Shown here one piece after another: positions 1 through 11,894 of a stretch of 64,000 nucleotides of DNA. Position 1 is the first letter of the stretch. Each line of letters opens with the position of its first letter. This DNA is from Gemmatimonadota bacterium (lineage in GTDB: Bacteria > Gemmatimonadota > Gemmatimonadetes > Gemmatimonadales > GWC2-71-9): contig JADFPO010000004.1 in the NCBI GenBank assembly GCA_022562295.1, positions 639 through 64,638 of the forward strand, in the 5' to 3' direction. The position numbers and the translations under genes are program-made. The notes under the pieces were generated by a model, which worked only from the letters and a program-made list of their open reading frames with translations, had not been told where the DNA came from and ran no database searches.

Positions 1-1
1 T

Positions 2-430
2 TGGCTGGCGGCAATCCGACAAGGTGGCCGTCTCGGTTGGCGCTCTTTATGCTTCTCATCCCTCGAAGAAGACATCTCCGCCGGCATCGCATTTGCCGTG
101 GGAACCTTTGGCGAGGAGGACGCGAGCTTCACCGCCGGTCTCGGTCTGGGTTACACGAGGGCTGGAGGTGCGGACTTCGAGTTTGCCGACCACCCAATCA
201 TCATGTTGGGTGGCAACGTTCGCCTCTCCAACGGTCTCGCGTTCGTGACTGAGAACTGGCTGATCACCGGTTCGAATTTCGATCTGGCTGAGCAGCCGTT
301 TGCGGTAGCCCTCAGGTTTTTTGGCGAGCACATCGCCGTCGATGCTGGGCTGATATTGATCGGCGAACTGTTGGACGAGGGATTGCCGATCCCGTTGCTG
401 TCGTTCGTGTACAATTTTGGGAGCAATTGA
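2..430 (+). CDS. C-terminal fragment of a hypothetical beta-rich protein; the gene enters from upstream of the window
   Basis: Frame 2 is open from base 2 to TGA 428-430. The ORF-track piece is 98..430 (GLGLGYTRAGGADFEF...LLSFVYNFGSN). No family recognised. Confidence 0.35.
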   Translation, partial: WLAAIRQGGRLGWRSLCFSSLEEDISAGIAFAVGTFGEEDASFTAGLGLGYTRAGGADFEFADHPIIMLGGNVRLSNGLAFVTENWLITGSNFDLAEQPFAVALRFFGEHIAVDAGLILIGELLDEGLPIPLLSFVYNFGSN

Positions 431-471
431 TGGGGAGGCGGCTCACTGCGGCGGGTTGAGTGTAGGTTTCA

Positions 472-609
472 GGTGTTGGGTGTCAGGGGTCAAGTGGCAG
501 GATTCCGTTTCACCCACTGATACCTCAGAGCGCCGGCATCGGCTTCAGTGATCGAGTGGATGGAGTGCAACACCAGCCACCTAGCACCCAACACCCGACA
601 CCCGACACC
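472..609. repeat. Imperfect 30-bp inverted repeat built from CACCCRA heptamers, flanking a ~78-bp core with nested small hairpins
   Basis: Left arm 472-501 is GGTGTTGGGTGTCAGGGGTCAAGTGGCAGG. The reverse complement of right arm 580-609 is GGTGTCGGGTGTCGGGTGTTGGGTGCTAGG (21/30 by hand). There is a perfect 11-bp pairing of 472-482 with 585-595. Inner pairs are CACTGA 515-520 / TCAGTG 545-550 and GCCG-GCAT-CGGC 532-543. Confidence 0.6.
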
Positions 610-617
610 GTGCGGTT

Positions 618-1130
618 ATGCGCCAGGTCCTACTCATAGCAGCAATCCTATCCAGCAGCTGGGTGCCGGCCTCGCAGGCCCAAATCCCTACCTTCCCCAC
701 CCGGCCCGGGGATCCGGCCGACACCGTGACAGTCGACCCCTTCCGCGTTCACCCCCCGATCTCCCCACTCGGGGGCCTGTGGCGGTCCATCTTGCTGCCG
801 GGCTGGGGCCAGTCCATCCTGCAGCGGCGGGTGACCGGCGCCTTCTTCGTGGCATGGGAAGGCCTGGCGCTCACCATGACGCTCAAATCGATACATCAAC
901 TCGATTACCTCAGGACCGTGGCGTCGGAAGACGACACGGAATCGCTCGAGCGCGTCGAATCCAAAGAGGCCGAAGTCCAAGATTGGGCGGTATTGTTGGT
1001 CTTCAACCACCTGATCGCCGGCGTTGAGGCCTTCGTATCCGCACAGTTGTGGGATTTTCCTGAAGAATTGCGGGTGCGAGCCCCATCGAACGGGTCGATC
1101 GGCATCGAGTTCTCCGTCGGTCTCCCATAG
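618..1130 (+). CDS. Hypothetical exported/membrane protein with a DUF5683-like LLPGWGQ motif
   Basis: 170-aa ORF. The N-terminal signal-like segment MRQVLLIAAILSSSWVPASQAQ is followed by LLPGWGQSILQRR and a hydrophobic stretch. No enzymatic motif seen. Confidence 0.55.
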   Translation: MRQVLLIAAILSSSWVPASQAQIPTFPTRPGDPADTVTVDPFRVHPPISPLGGLWRSILLPGWGQSILQRRVTGAFFVAWEGLALTMTLKSIHQLDYLRTVASEDDTESLERVESKEAEVQDWAVLLVFNHLIAGVEAFVSAQLWDFPEELRVRAPSNGSIGIEFSVGLP

Positions 1131-1255
1131 ATCCGGCGAGAGCCCAAAATTGGGCGTTTCTGGCCCATTTACAACAGACTTGAAAAGTTGTAAGTTTTGT
1201 CATAGCAATGATTTATGGTGCGGTACAAGCTTTTTGCGGTACCGCGGCACGACTT

Positions 1256-1284
1256 TTGACAGGGCGACAAGCGCCTACTACATT
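1256..1284 (+). promoter_or_regulatory. Candidate sigma-70-type promoter of the kdsB operon; predicts a leaderless or near-leaderless mRNA
   Basis: TTGACA at 1256-1261, a 17-nt spacer, then TACATT at 1279-1284. The kdsB ATG is at 1290, 6 nt after the -10. It lies in an AT-richer 150-bp gap. Confidence 0.35.
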
Positions 1285-1289
1285 TGACC

Positions 1290-3678
<2,389 letters not shown>

Positions 3679-3679
3679 A

Positions 3680-4501
3680 ATGACTTTTACGTGGCTACCG
3701 CCGCCGGTCTTGGTGGCGGGTCCGTGCACACTGGAAGACGACGGACTCAACCTGACGATCGCAACCGCCCTGGCCGAGCTCCAAGCAAAGCTCGGCCTTC
3801 GCGTCGTATTCAAGGGAAGCTTCGATAAGGCCAACCGCTCGACTCTCGCTGCCCCCAGAGGCCCAGGACTCACCGCGGGCCTCGAGCGCCTCCAGCGGGT
3901 CAGGAAAGAAACCGGTCTGCCGGTAATGACCGATGTGCACGAGGTCGGTCAGGTCGAGACGGTAAGCGCGTGTGTGGATGCGCTGCAAGTACCGGCGTTT
4001 CTGTGCCGACAGACGGATCTCCTGACCGCCGTCGGCCGCACCGGCAAACCGGTGAACCTCAAGAAGGGCCAATGGATGTCCGCTGAGGGGATGACGGCAG
4101 CGGCGGAAAAGGTGCGTGCCGCTGGCGCGCGGGACGTGGCGATCACGGAAAGAGGCACCTTCTTCGGTTACGGAGACCTCGTGGTCGACATGCGTAACCT
4201 TACGCGGCTACGACAGAACGGCAGCTGCAGCGTCTTGTTCGACGCCACCCACAGCGTACAGCAGCCCGACCGGGGGCCGGGCGGGGTGTCGGGTGGAGCG
4301 AGGGAACACGTGGAAGGTCTGTTGTTGGCGGCAGCCGCGGGCGGTGCGGATGGATTTTTCTTGGAAACCCACCCCGTGCCCGAAACGGCCCCCAGTGATT
4401 CGGCCACGATGTGGCCGCTCGCTGCATTGCCAGGATTGGTGCACCGAGCGCTCGATGTGTGGCATGCCGCCCGCCAATCGGCTACCTCTGGCGTGGCCTA
4501 A
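3680..4501 (+). CDS. kdsA: 2-dehydro-3-deoxyphosphooctonate aldolase (KDO-8-P synthase)
   Basis: KGSFDKANRS and DATHSVQQP motifs. 273 aa. Confidence 0.9.
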   Translation: MTFTWLPPPVLVAGPCTLEDDGLNLTIATALAELQAKLGLRVVFKGSFDKANRSTLAAPRGPGLTAGLERLQRVRKETGLPVMTDVHEVGQVETVSACVDALQVPAFLCRQTDLLTAVGRTGKPVNLKKGQWMSAEGMTAAAEKVRAAGARDVAITERGTFFGYGDLVVDMRNLTRLRQNGSCSVLFDATHSVQQPDRGPGGVSGGAREHVEGLLLAAAAGGADGFFLETHPVPETAPSDSATMWPLAALPGLVHRALDVWHAARQSATSGVA

Positions 4502-4504
4502 ACG

Positions 4505-5095
4505 ATGGCACCGCGGCGACAAGGTGTCGTTGACCCCGAGGTCGCGGCGAAGATCAAGCTCCTCGGTCTCGACGTCGATGGTGTGATGACCGACGCCGGC
4601 GTGTATATCGGGATGGTGGGAGACCGCCCAGCCGAGCTGAAGCGGTTCGACATTCAGGACGGAGTCGGCATTCGACTGCTGCAAGACGCCGGAATCGAGA
4701 TCGTGATCGTCAGCGGGCGCATGTCTCGTGCGACGACGTTGCGAGCCGAAGAACTGGGGGTGTCGGATGTCGTGCAAGACGACCAGGCGCGCAAGCTGCC
4801 CGCGTTCGAGAAAACGATGGCTCGCCACGACGTCACGTGGGAGGAAGCGGCATTCATGGGCGACGACCTTCCGGATCTACCCGTCCTCACGCGCGTTGGG
4901 CTCCCGGTAGGTGTGCGAAACGCGGTTCCGGAGGTACGCGAGGTCGTGCATTACGTCACGGAGGCCCGAGGCGGCCACGGAGCGGTTCGCGAGTTCGCCG
5001 AGGTCCTTCTCAAGGCGCGCGGCGAGTGGGAACGCACCGTCGAGGAATACTTGAGGCTGCGCGGTGAGACTGCGATGGTGGGTCATGTTCGGTAG
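4505..5095 (+). CDS. kdsC: KDO-8-phosphate phosphatase (HAD family)
   Basis: HAD motif I LDVDGVMTD and motif GDDLPDLPV. It sits after kdsA. Confidence 0.85.
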   Translation: MAPRRQGVVDPEVAAKIKLLGLDVDGVMTDAGVYIGMVGDRPAELKRFDIQDGVGIRLLQDAGIEIVIVSGRMSRATTLRAEELGVSDVVQDDQARKLPAFEKTMARHDVTWEEAAFMGDDLPDLPVLTRVGLPVGVRNAVPEVREVVHYVTEARGGHGAVREFAEVLLKARGEWERTVEEYLRLRGETAMVGHVR

Positions 5096-5612
5096 GGGAG
5101 CGGGCGTTCTCGCTTGGGGGATCGTCGCTGTTCTGTCGTGCCGCGGTCTCGACGGGCCACGCGGGTTTGTTGCGCTGGCGGATTCAGCCGACCAGATCGT
5201 GTACGGCCTCGTGCACAATGTGACGACCGACGGCGTACTGCGGGCCCGGATCGAAGCGGATACCGCGTTTTTTTACGAGAGCACGCAGTCGGTCGAATTG
5301 AAGCAACTCACCGCCGTATTCTTTTCGGCGCTGGGCGAAGTTTCATCGACCATCACAGCTGCCGAGGGTACGTACAAGTGGCAGATCGGCGATATGGAGG
5401 CTCGTATCAATGTGGTCGCCGTCACCCCGGACGGCCGTCGCCTGACCACAGCCATCCTGTCGTACAACAAGATTTCCAATCGCCTGACAGGGCCGGAGAG
5501 ATTCGAGTTCGATGCACCTGATCGCCGATTGACAGGCGACGGGTTCACGGCCGACCCGGACTTCCGGGACATACGAGCGACTGGCATCAGCGGACGCGTG
5601 AAGAACCCATGA
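5064..5612 (+). CDS. lptC: LptC-like LPS export protein (N-terminal membrane anchor)
   Basis: 182 aa with one N-terminal hydrophobic helix (GAGVLAWGIVAVLSC). It occupies the kdsC-[lptC]-lptA-lptB-rpoN position. The call rests mainly on context. Confidence 0.5.
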   Translation: MRLRWWVMFGRGAGVLAWGIVAVLSCRGLDGPRGFVALADSADQIVYGLVHNVTTDGVLRARIEADTAFFYESTQSVELKQLTAVFFSALGEVSSTITAAEGTYKWQIGDMEARINVVAVTPDGRRLTTAILSYNKISNRLTGPERFEFDAPDRRLTGDGFTADPDFRDIRATGISGRVKNP

Positions 5613-6919
5613 CCACGCGACGGCGCATCATTGGGGCTTTGGGATGTGTCAGCCTACACCTCATGCTGGCGGTCGGCGCGACCCAGGCACAAAGCTCGAC
5701 ACCCTGCCAAGCCGTGTTGGATTACGCCGACAACGGCCATCAAGTCAACTACGGCCCGGGTCGCGTACGTCAATTCGCCAGTGGCAACGTGCGGGCCCAC
5801 TGTGACGGCCAAGAGACGTTCATGAGCGCCGACAGCGTAGCGTGGATGCAGGACATCGGCCAGTTCGAGATGGTTGGGCGTGCCCTTTTCCGCGATACAA
5901 CCGTAACGCTGAACGCCGATCGCACCGTCTACTTCCTGAGCGACGAACGTTTGGAGGCCTACGGCAACGTGCGACTCGTTAACGTGAAGACCGGGACCGT
6001 CCTGACCGGCCCGAATCTCACGTATTGGCGACGTGTCCCTGCGCTGCGAGACACTACCAAGCTCTACGCCACGAACCGTCCGACCGTGGAGTACACACCG
6101 CCACAAGACTCGGCGGACGCCGAGCCGTACATCATCATAGGAGATGAGATCCGGTTGGTGGGTGAGGCCGCGGCTTGGTCCGGCGGCAACGTTCGCATCG
6201 ACCGCAGCGATTTCCATTCGGAATCCGACAGCGCACAGCTCAACTTGGCCAGCCACGTGGGCGAACTGTTCGGCAACGCCGCCGTGCGCGGCGGGGGCGG
6301 GGGCGCGACGGGTGATGCAGCCGATACGGCAGGGTTCCACCTGCGCGGTCACGAGATCGCGTTCGCCTCCGTGAACAACGAATTGAGTTGGGTGCAGGCC
6401 CAGGATTCAGCTGAGGCGGTGAGCGCCGACTTTGTCATCACGGCCGATACCGTCGAGTTATCGCTGCGGGGCGGTCGCATCCAGGGAGGGCTCGCGTGGG
6501 GAGATCTAACCCGGTCTCAGGTTGTGTCCGCCACCAACACGATCACGGCCGACTCGATCGCGATCGACTCCCCGGATCAGGAGTTGCAGGAACTGCGCGG
6601 ATTCGGGTCTGCGAGGGCCACGAGCGCACCAGACTCGCTGGACGGAGAGGTGGACTGGATCGCAGGAGATACGCTGGTGGCCCGGTTCGAGGAGTCCGGC
6701 CTTCAACGCCGCTTTCTCGAACGACTCACAGCCATTGGAAACGCCGCCGCGTTCTATCGTGTGTATCGGCCTGAGGGCGGAGACGTGCCCGACATCAATT
6801 ACTCTCGGGGAGACCACATCACCGCACTGTTCGGCTTGGGCGGTCTCCTGCAGATTGACGTGATCGGTAACGCCGACGGCGTGCACTTGGAATCCGCGGG
6901 GCGGGGACGCCAGCCGTGA
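5609..6919 (+). CDS. OstA/LptA-family periplasmic protein (long, multi-repeat form)
   Basis: Signal peptide (LMLAVGATQAQS) and beta-rich repeats. It has an ATGA overlap with the upstream gene and a GTGA overlap with lptB. The assignment is contextual. Confidence 0.6.
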   Translation: MTTRRRIIGALGCVSLHLMLAVGATQAQSSTPCQAVLDYADNGHQVNYGPGRVRQFASGNVRAHCDGQETFMSADSVAWMQDIGQFEMVGRALFRDTTVTLNADRTVYFLSDERLEAYGNVRLVNVKTGTVLTGPNLTYWRRVPALRDTTKLYATNRPTVEYTPPQDSADAEPYIIIGDEIRLVGEAAAWSGGNVRIDRSDFHSESDSAQLNLASHVGELFGNAAVRGGGGGATGDAADTAGFHLRGHEIAFASVNNELSWVQAQDSAEAVSADFVITADTVELSLRGGRIQGGLAWGDLTRSQVVSATNTITADSIAIDSPDQELQELRGFGSARATSAPDSLDGEVDWIAGDTLVARFEESGLQRRFLERLTAIGNAAAFYRVYRPEGGDVPDINYSRGDHITALFGLGGLLQIDVIGNADGVHLESAGRGRQP

Positions 6920-8118
6920 CGCACCCATTCGTCGAGCGCTTTCGCGACTGGGATCCGTCACTCGGGTTGGCGGTGGCTTCCCTATTGCGCTGCAGGGTGC
7001 AACACGGGAGCGCCACGTTCGCGACATTGGCGGTGTGCTACCTGGAGGAGCACATCGCATTGCAGCGGGATCAGATCGGCCACACGGCTCCGCAAGGCGG
7101 TGCGCTCTCACTCGAGGAAGTGCGCCACCACCTCGCAAACTCAACGCTGCCACGGTTGGTGACCGAGGAAGTCCTCGAGCCACTTCCAGACACACTGGAA
7201 GACGACACCCCGATTCGACTGAAGACGGCAGAGCTGGAGCGAATAGCAGCCGACCTGACGACCGTCACTCAACAGCTGACCGAGGTCGTGCGCGCCAATT
7301 TCCACCATGCCCAGTCGGCCCTCCAAGCCTCAAGCTCCCCACCCGCCCCCCCCCATCGTGCGGGAGACTCCCACCTCGCCGCCCACGGGTTGACGAAAGT
7401 GTACCGCAAGCGGGCGGTGGTGAATAACGTCGATCTCTCGGTGAAGCAGGGTGAAATCGTTGGCCTTTTGGGGCCGAACGGGGCGGGGAAGACCACGTCG
7501 TTCTACATGATCGTCGGTCTGATTCGCCCGGATAAAGGCGAGATTACCCTCGATGGAGAGAACATCTCGCGACTGCCGATGTACCAGCGCGCGCGCCGCG
7601 GCATTGGATACCTCTCTCAAGAGCCTTCCGTGTTTAGGAAGCTCACCGTGGAGGAGAACGTTCAGGCCATCCTGGAGACCATGAAGCTCACGAGGGAAGA
7701 GCGAGACGAACGCACGGAAGCTCTACTCGACGATTTGTCCATCAAGCACTTACGCAAGGTACCGGCCTACAAGCTCTCCGGTGGGGAGCGCCGCCGGCTG
7801 GAAATCACGCGGGCGTTGGTGACACGGCCCAGGTTCATGCTGCTCGATGAGCCGTTTGCCGGAGTGGATCCGATCGCGGTGCACGATATTCAAACGATCG
7901 TGACCAGTCTGCGTCAGAAGGGCATCGGCGTTTTGATCACCGATCATAACGTGGAGCAAACGTTGGATATCGTGGATCGCGCGTACATCATGTTCGAAGG
8001 GACCGTTCACGTTTCCGGGACGGTTCGAGAATTGGTCTATAACGATCAAGTAGCCGATATGTATCTGGGCCCCACGTTGACGGCCCGGTTGCGGCAACGA
8101 CTCGAGTCTGCTGCATGA
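6916..8118 (+). CDS. lptB: LPS export ABC transporter ATP-binding protein LptB with an unexplained ~150-aa N-terminal extension
   Basis: The C-terminal ~245 aa carry GLLGPNGAGKTT (Walker A), LSGGERRRLEITRAL and MLLDEPFAGVDP. The core starts near 7375. No start codon lies between GTG 7288 and the core. Confidence 0.85.
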   Translation: MTHPFVERFRDWDPSLGLAVASLLRCRVQHGSATFATLAVCYLEEHIALQRDQIGHTAPQGGALSLEEVRHHLANSTLPRLVTEEVLEPLPDTLEDDTPIRLKTAELERIAADLTTVTQQLTEVVRANFHHAQSALQASSSPPAPPHRAGDSHLAAHGLTKVYRKRAVVNNVDLSVKQGEIVGLLGPNGAGKTTSFYMIVGLIRPDKGEITLDGENISRLPMYQRARRGIGYLSQEPSVFRKLTVEENVQAILETMKLTREERDERTEALLDDLSIKHLRKVPAYKLSGGERRRLEITRALVTRPRFMLLDEPFAGVDPIAVHDIQTIVTSLRQKGIGVLITDHNVEQTLDIVDRAYIMFEGTVHVSGTVRELVYNDQVADMYLGPTLTARLRQRLESAA

Positions 8119-9722
8119 GACCGGCTCTGCACCAAGTCACCGCCCTCAAACAGGAAATGCGGCAGAACCCTCGCCTGTACCAGGCGATGGATCTGCTGTA
8201 CATGCCCATGCTCGACCTGCAGCTACACTTGAAGACCGAGCTCATGGAGAATCCCTTCCTCGAAATGGAGGAACCCGAGGAAGAAACCGAAGTGCCTCGC
8301 GAAACCACACCGGAGGAGCACGAGAAGGAGCGAGCCGAAACCGAGCGGCAAGACGAGATCGATTGGGAAGAAATCGTCTTGGATGGTTTTGACGTCGGCA
8401 GGTCTCGCGGACAAGTGGAGACGCGCGACGTATACGAGCCGGTCACGGTTGCTACACGAGACCTCACCGATCACTTGCGCGATCAGGTCACTTTGTTGGA
8501 CCTCACGCCGCGCCAGCAATTGCTGGCCGACGAGATCCTGGGAAACATCGGAGACGACGGCTACCTTCAGGCAACCCTCGAAGAAGTGGTGCAGGGTGCC
8601 AACCTCTTAGCGCGCGAGCATCTGGTGGGCGTGGAAGCATCGACGCGGACGCCCGAAGAGGTGGAACCGGATGCGGAGTCAGCTCAAGAGACGGTTCCTG
8701 CCGCTCCCGACGCGTCGCTCGATTTCCAATCCCAACCTCCATCGGACAATGGACCCACGCCGGTGGAACGGGAGGAAGACGGTGAAGGATTCTTTACCGT
8801 CGCGGAAGCAGAGGTGGTCCTCACCATCATCCAGCAGCTGGATCCGCCCGGCATAGGCGCCCGAGACCTCCGGGAGTGTCTGTTGCTGCAGCTGCAAGAC
8901 CAGGGAGACGAGGACACCCTCACATACCGACTCGTGGAAGACCGCGACGTGTTCGAGGATCTAATCGCCCATCGGTGGAGCGATCTTGCCAAGCGGTTCA
9001 GTCTCAATCCCCGGAAGGTCCAGGACGCAGCCGACATGTTAGCCAAGCTCAACCCCAAACCCGGGCTGCGTTACTCGACGACCGGCGATTCCTACATCAT
9101 TCCTGACATCGTGGTTGAAGAGACCGAGGGAGACTACCGGGTCTTCCTCAACGATACCGGCATGCCCAGGCTGCGAATCAGCAAGACCTACCGAGAACTA
9201 GCCGGCGACAAGAAGCGGTTCGCCGGCGCGACCCGGGAGTTCGTGACCAACAAGCTCAATAGCGCCGCCTGGCTGGTACAGGCGATCGAGCAGCGCCGCC
9301 AGACAGTGCTCAAGGTGATGAATTTCATCGTGGACCGGCAGCGCGACTTCTTTGAGAAAGGCGTCGAGCACCTCAAGCCGTTAACGCTTCGGGAAGTGGC
9401 CGATGTCATCAACATGCACGAATCCACGGTAAGCCGGGTTACCAATCAGAAGTACGCCCAGACGCCACGGGGCGTGTTGCCGCTCAAGTTCTTCTTTTCT
9501 GCCGGCCTAGGCAGAACCGGCCCCGGCGAAAATGCCAGCGCCCGAGCGGTAAAAGCTCAGATCAACAAGCTCGTTTCCAACGAGGACACGTCGAGCCCTC
9601 TGACCGACTCGGACATCGTTAAGGCATTGAGCGCGCGTGGCGTGAAAATCGCCCGGCGGACGGTCGCGAAGTATCGAGACCAGCTCAACATATTGCCCGC
9701 CCGGATGCGCAAGCGGGTATGA
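8115..9722 (+). CDS. rpoN: RNA polymerase sigma-54 factor
   Basis: N-terminal region I (QEMRQNPRLYQAM), an acidic region II, and the C-terminal RpoN box ARRTVAKYR. ATGA overlap with lptB. Confidence 0.9.
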   Translation: MRPALHQVTALKQEMRQNPRLYQAMDLLYMPMLDLQLHLKTELMENPFLEMEEPEEETEVPRETTPEEHEKERAETERQDEIDWEEIVLDGFDVGRSRGQVETRDVYEPVTVATRDLTDHLRDQVTLLDLTPRQQLLADEILGNIGDDGYLQATLEEVVQGANLLAREHLVGVEASTRTPEEVEPDAESAQETVPAAPDASLDFQSQPPSDNGPTPVEREEDGEGFFTVAEAEVVLTIIQQLDPPGIGARDLRECLLLQLQDQGDEDTLTYRLVEDRDVFEDLIAHRWSDLAKRFSLNPRKVQDAADMLAKLNPKPGLRYSTTGDSYIIPDIVVEETEGDYRVFLNDTGMPRLRISKTYRELAGDKKRFAGATREFVTNKLNSAAWLVQAIEQRRQTVLKVMNFIVDRQRDFFEKGVEHLKPLTLREVADVINMHESTVSRVTNQKYAQTPRGVLPLKFFFSAGLGRTGPGENASARAVKAQINKLVSNEDTSSPLTDSDIVKALSARGVKIARRTVAKYRDQLNILPARMRKRV

Positions 9723-10684
9723 GCCTCGCACAACCGACCGGTCGCGTGGACGTCAGTGTTCTCGTGCCCGCCAAAGACGAAGCCGAAAACCTGCCTGAAT
9801 TCGCCCGGCTCTTCGCCGAGGCGCTTGAAAGGGTGCCCTACAGTTGTGAGCTCGTCGTCGTGAATGACGGGAGCACTGACGAAACGGGCGAGGTGCTGGA
9901 ACTCTTGGCCAGCGAGCATACTTGGATCTCCGTGTGCACGCACCGCTCGCAACGTGGAATTGCCGAGGCGCTCAAGACCGCGGGCGAATCCGCACGCGGA
10001 CATACGTTGGTTTTCTATCCCGCCGACCTGCAGTTTCTTCCCGAAGACATTCCACGGCTGGTGGAGCCGATCCTCTCGGGCGAAGCCGACATCATCACCG
10101 GCACCAAGCAGGGTCAATACGAGAAAGCGCTCGTCTCCGGGCTGTACAACCGGCTGTGCCGCTGGCTTTTCGGTATCCGTGTAACTGACCTCAATGCCGT
10201 CAAGGCCTATCGACGCGAAGTCATGGACGTCGTGCCGGCTCGCCCCGACTGGCACCGGTTCTTGGTAGTGATTGCCGCCGCGGAAGGCTTTCGAGTGAGC
10301 GAGCGTCCCGTGACAGTCCATCCCCGCCGAGCCGGCGTATCGAAGTTTGGGATCGGCCGCATCCCGATCGGCGTGACGGATCTGCTGTCCGTCTGGTTCC
10401 TGCTGCGCTTCGGCCGCAAGCCGATGCTGTTCTTCGGCGTCTCGGGCGGCGTGCTGTTTGCCCTGGGGTTCGGCGTCGGCATATTCGCTCTGATTCTCCG
10501 GTTCGGCTATGGCATCGGGCTGCGCCCGCTGCTCGATCTCGTGCTGGTATTGGTGGTCTCCGGCATCTCACTCTTCGGCTTCGGCTTCGTAGGGGAGATG
10601 CTCGCCGGATCCCGCGAAGAGATTCGGGCACTCAACCGGTCGATCGACCGGGTGACGTCTTCGCTGGATCGACATAACCGATAG
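9719..10684 (+). CDS. GT2 glycosyltransferase with C-terminal TM helices (GtrB/ArnC/polyprenol-phosphate sugar synthase type)
   Basis: VSVLVPAKDEAENL ... VVVNDGSTDETG ... a DxD-type region, followed by 2-3 hydrophobic helices at the C-terminus. Confidence 0.8.
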   Translation: MSLAQPTGRVDVSVLVPAKDEAENLPEFARLFAEALERVPYSCELVVVNDGSTDETGEVLELLASEHTWISVCTHRSQRGIAEALKTAGESARGHTLVFYPADLQFLPEDIPRLVEPILSGEADIITGTKQGQYEKALVSGLYNRLCRWLFGIRVTDLNAVKAYRREVMDVVPARPDWHRFLVVIAAAEGFRVSERPVTVHPRRAGVSKFGIGRIPIGVTDLLSVWFLLRFGRKPMLFFGVSGGVLFALGFGVGIFALILRFGYGIGLRPLLDLVLVLVVSGISLFGFGFVGEMLAGSREEIRALNRSIDRVTSSLDRHNR

Positions 10685-10688
10685 CTTC

Positions 10689-11894
10689 GTGAACTTGCTC
10701 TTTATCACACACGCCTATCCGCGGTCGGAGGGTGACGTCGCAGGCGCGTTCATCGAGCGTCTGGCGGTCGCGCTGCAAGAACGAGATCACGTGGTGAGAG
10801 TCGTGGCACCAGCCGATCGCGGGCGTGGTGGTCGCGATTTTCTGCGGGGAATCGCCGTGTCCCGCGTTCGCTACGCCCCGAAATGGCTAGAATCGCTGGC
10901 ATATACCGGCACCATGGTAGAGAGTTCGCGGTCCCCGCACGGCGCATTCGCCGTTGCCAACCTCATGCGGGCTCAGGCAGCCGAGATACGGCGGGAGGCA
11001 CGGCGGGGACCGCTCGATCTGGTGCACGCTCACTGGTGGATCCCGGCCGGCGTGAGTGCGTGGCTGGCTCGGATCGGGGGCATGGGAGGGGCCGGAGGCA
11101 AGGGTGGGAGCGGCAAGAAACCCTACGTGGTCACGGTGCACGGGACCGATGTTCGGATCCTGGAACGGTCTCGTTTGGGCCGGCTCATCGCTCGGCGAAT
11201 ACTACGTGACGCGGCCGGCGTGACCGCCGTTTCGTCACACCTGGCCGAAAAGGTCGCGAGGGTCGCGGGAATCGATGCCGCCAACATCACCGTGCAGCCG
11301 ATGCCGGTGTTGGTGCAACATTTCGCCCGGGGGAGTACCGGTGGCGACGGGATCGTCGCCTTGGGTCGGCTCACCAAACAAAAAAACCTCAACGTGATCC
11401 TCGAGGCCCTCGCGTACCTCAAAACCGACGGGACCAACGTGCCCCTCAAAATCATCGGCGACGGGCCTGAGCGTAGCGCCCTCGAACTGCTGGCCAAGCA
11501 GCTGTCCATCGACGATCGCGTGCGGTTCGTCGGGTCGGTGGATCCCCACAACGTGACCAGCGTGATCGGGAACGCTGACGTCATGGCGTTCGCCGGGAGC
11601 GACGAGGGATTCGGCCTCGCGGCAGCTGAATCTCTGATGCTCGGCATACCGGTTGTCGCATCTCAGACCGGTGGCGGTGTTCGGGACGTGGTGCCGCCGA
11701 CAGGGCCGGGGCGGCTGGTGCCGGCAAACGATCCGGCATCGATGGCGGGGGCCATTCGCGAGTTCTTGAACAACGCCGAAAGCCGTGGGTTGGCACTCGA
11801 GGCCGGCCAGACCCTTAAAAACCAACTCAAACCCGAAGCAGTATCCCGGGTCTTCGAATCGGTGTACGAGAATGCCCTCCGACAACAGAACTAA
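10689..11894 (+). CDS. GT4-family (GT-B) glycosyltransferase
   Basis: C-terminal EGFGLAAAESLMLGIPVVAS (E-x7-E type) motif. 401 aa. Confidence 0.8.
   Translation: MNLLFITHAYPRSEGDVAGAFIERLAVALQERDHVVRVVAPADRGRGGRDFLRGIAVSRVRYAPKWLESLAYTGTMVESSRSPHGAFAVANLMRAQAAEIRREARRGPLDLVHAHWWIPAGVSAWLARIGGMGGAGGKGGSGKKPYVVTVHGTDVRILERSRLGRLIARRILRDAAGVTAVSSHLAEKVARVAGIDAANITVQPMPVLVQHFARGSTGGDGIVALGRLTKQKNLNVILEALAYLKTDGTNVPLKIIGDGPERSALELLAKQLSIDDRVRFVGSVDPHNVTSVIGNADVMAFAGSDEGFGLAAAESLMLGIPVVASQTGGGVRDVVPPTGPGRLVPANDPASMAGAIREFLNNAESRGLALEAGQTLKNQLKPEAVSRVFESVYENALRQQN

Noticed and set aside
1142-1160. GCCCA-AAAT-TGGGC hairpin followed by GTTTCT after the 618-1130 gene, a possible terminator
   Set aside because: The stem is only 5 bp and the U-tract is poor, so it is too weak to call.
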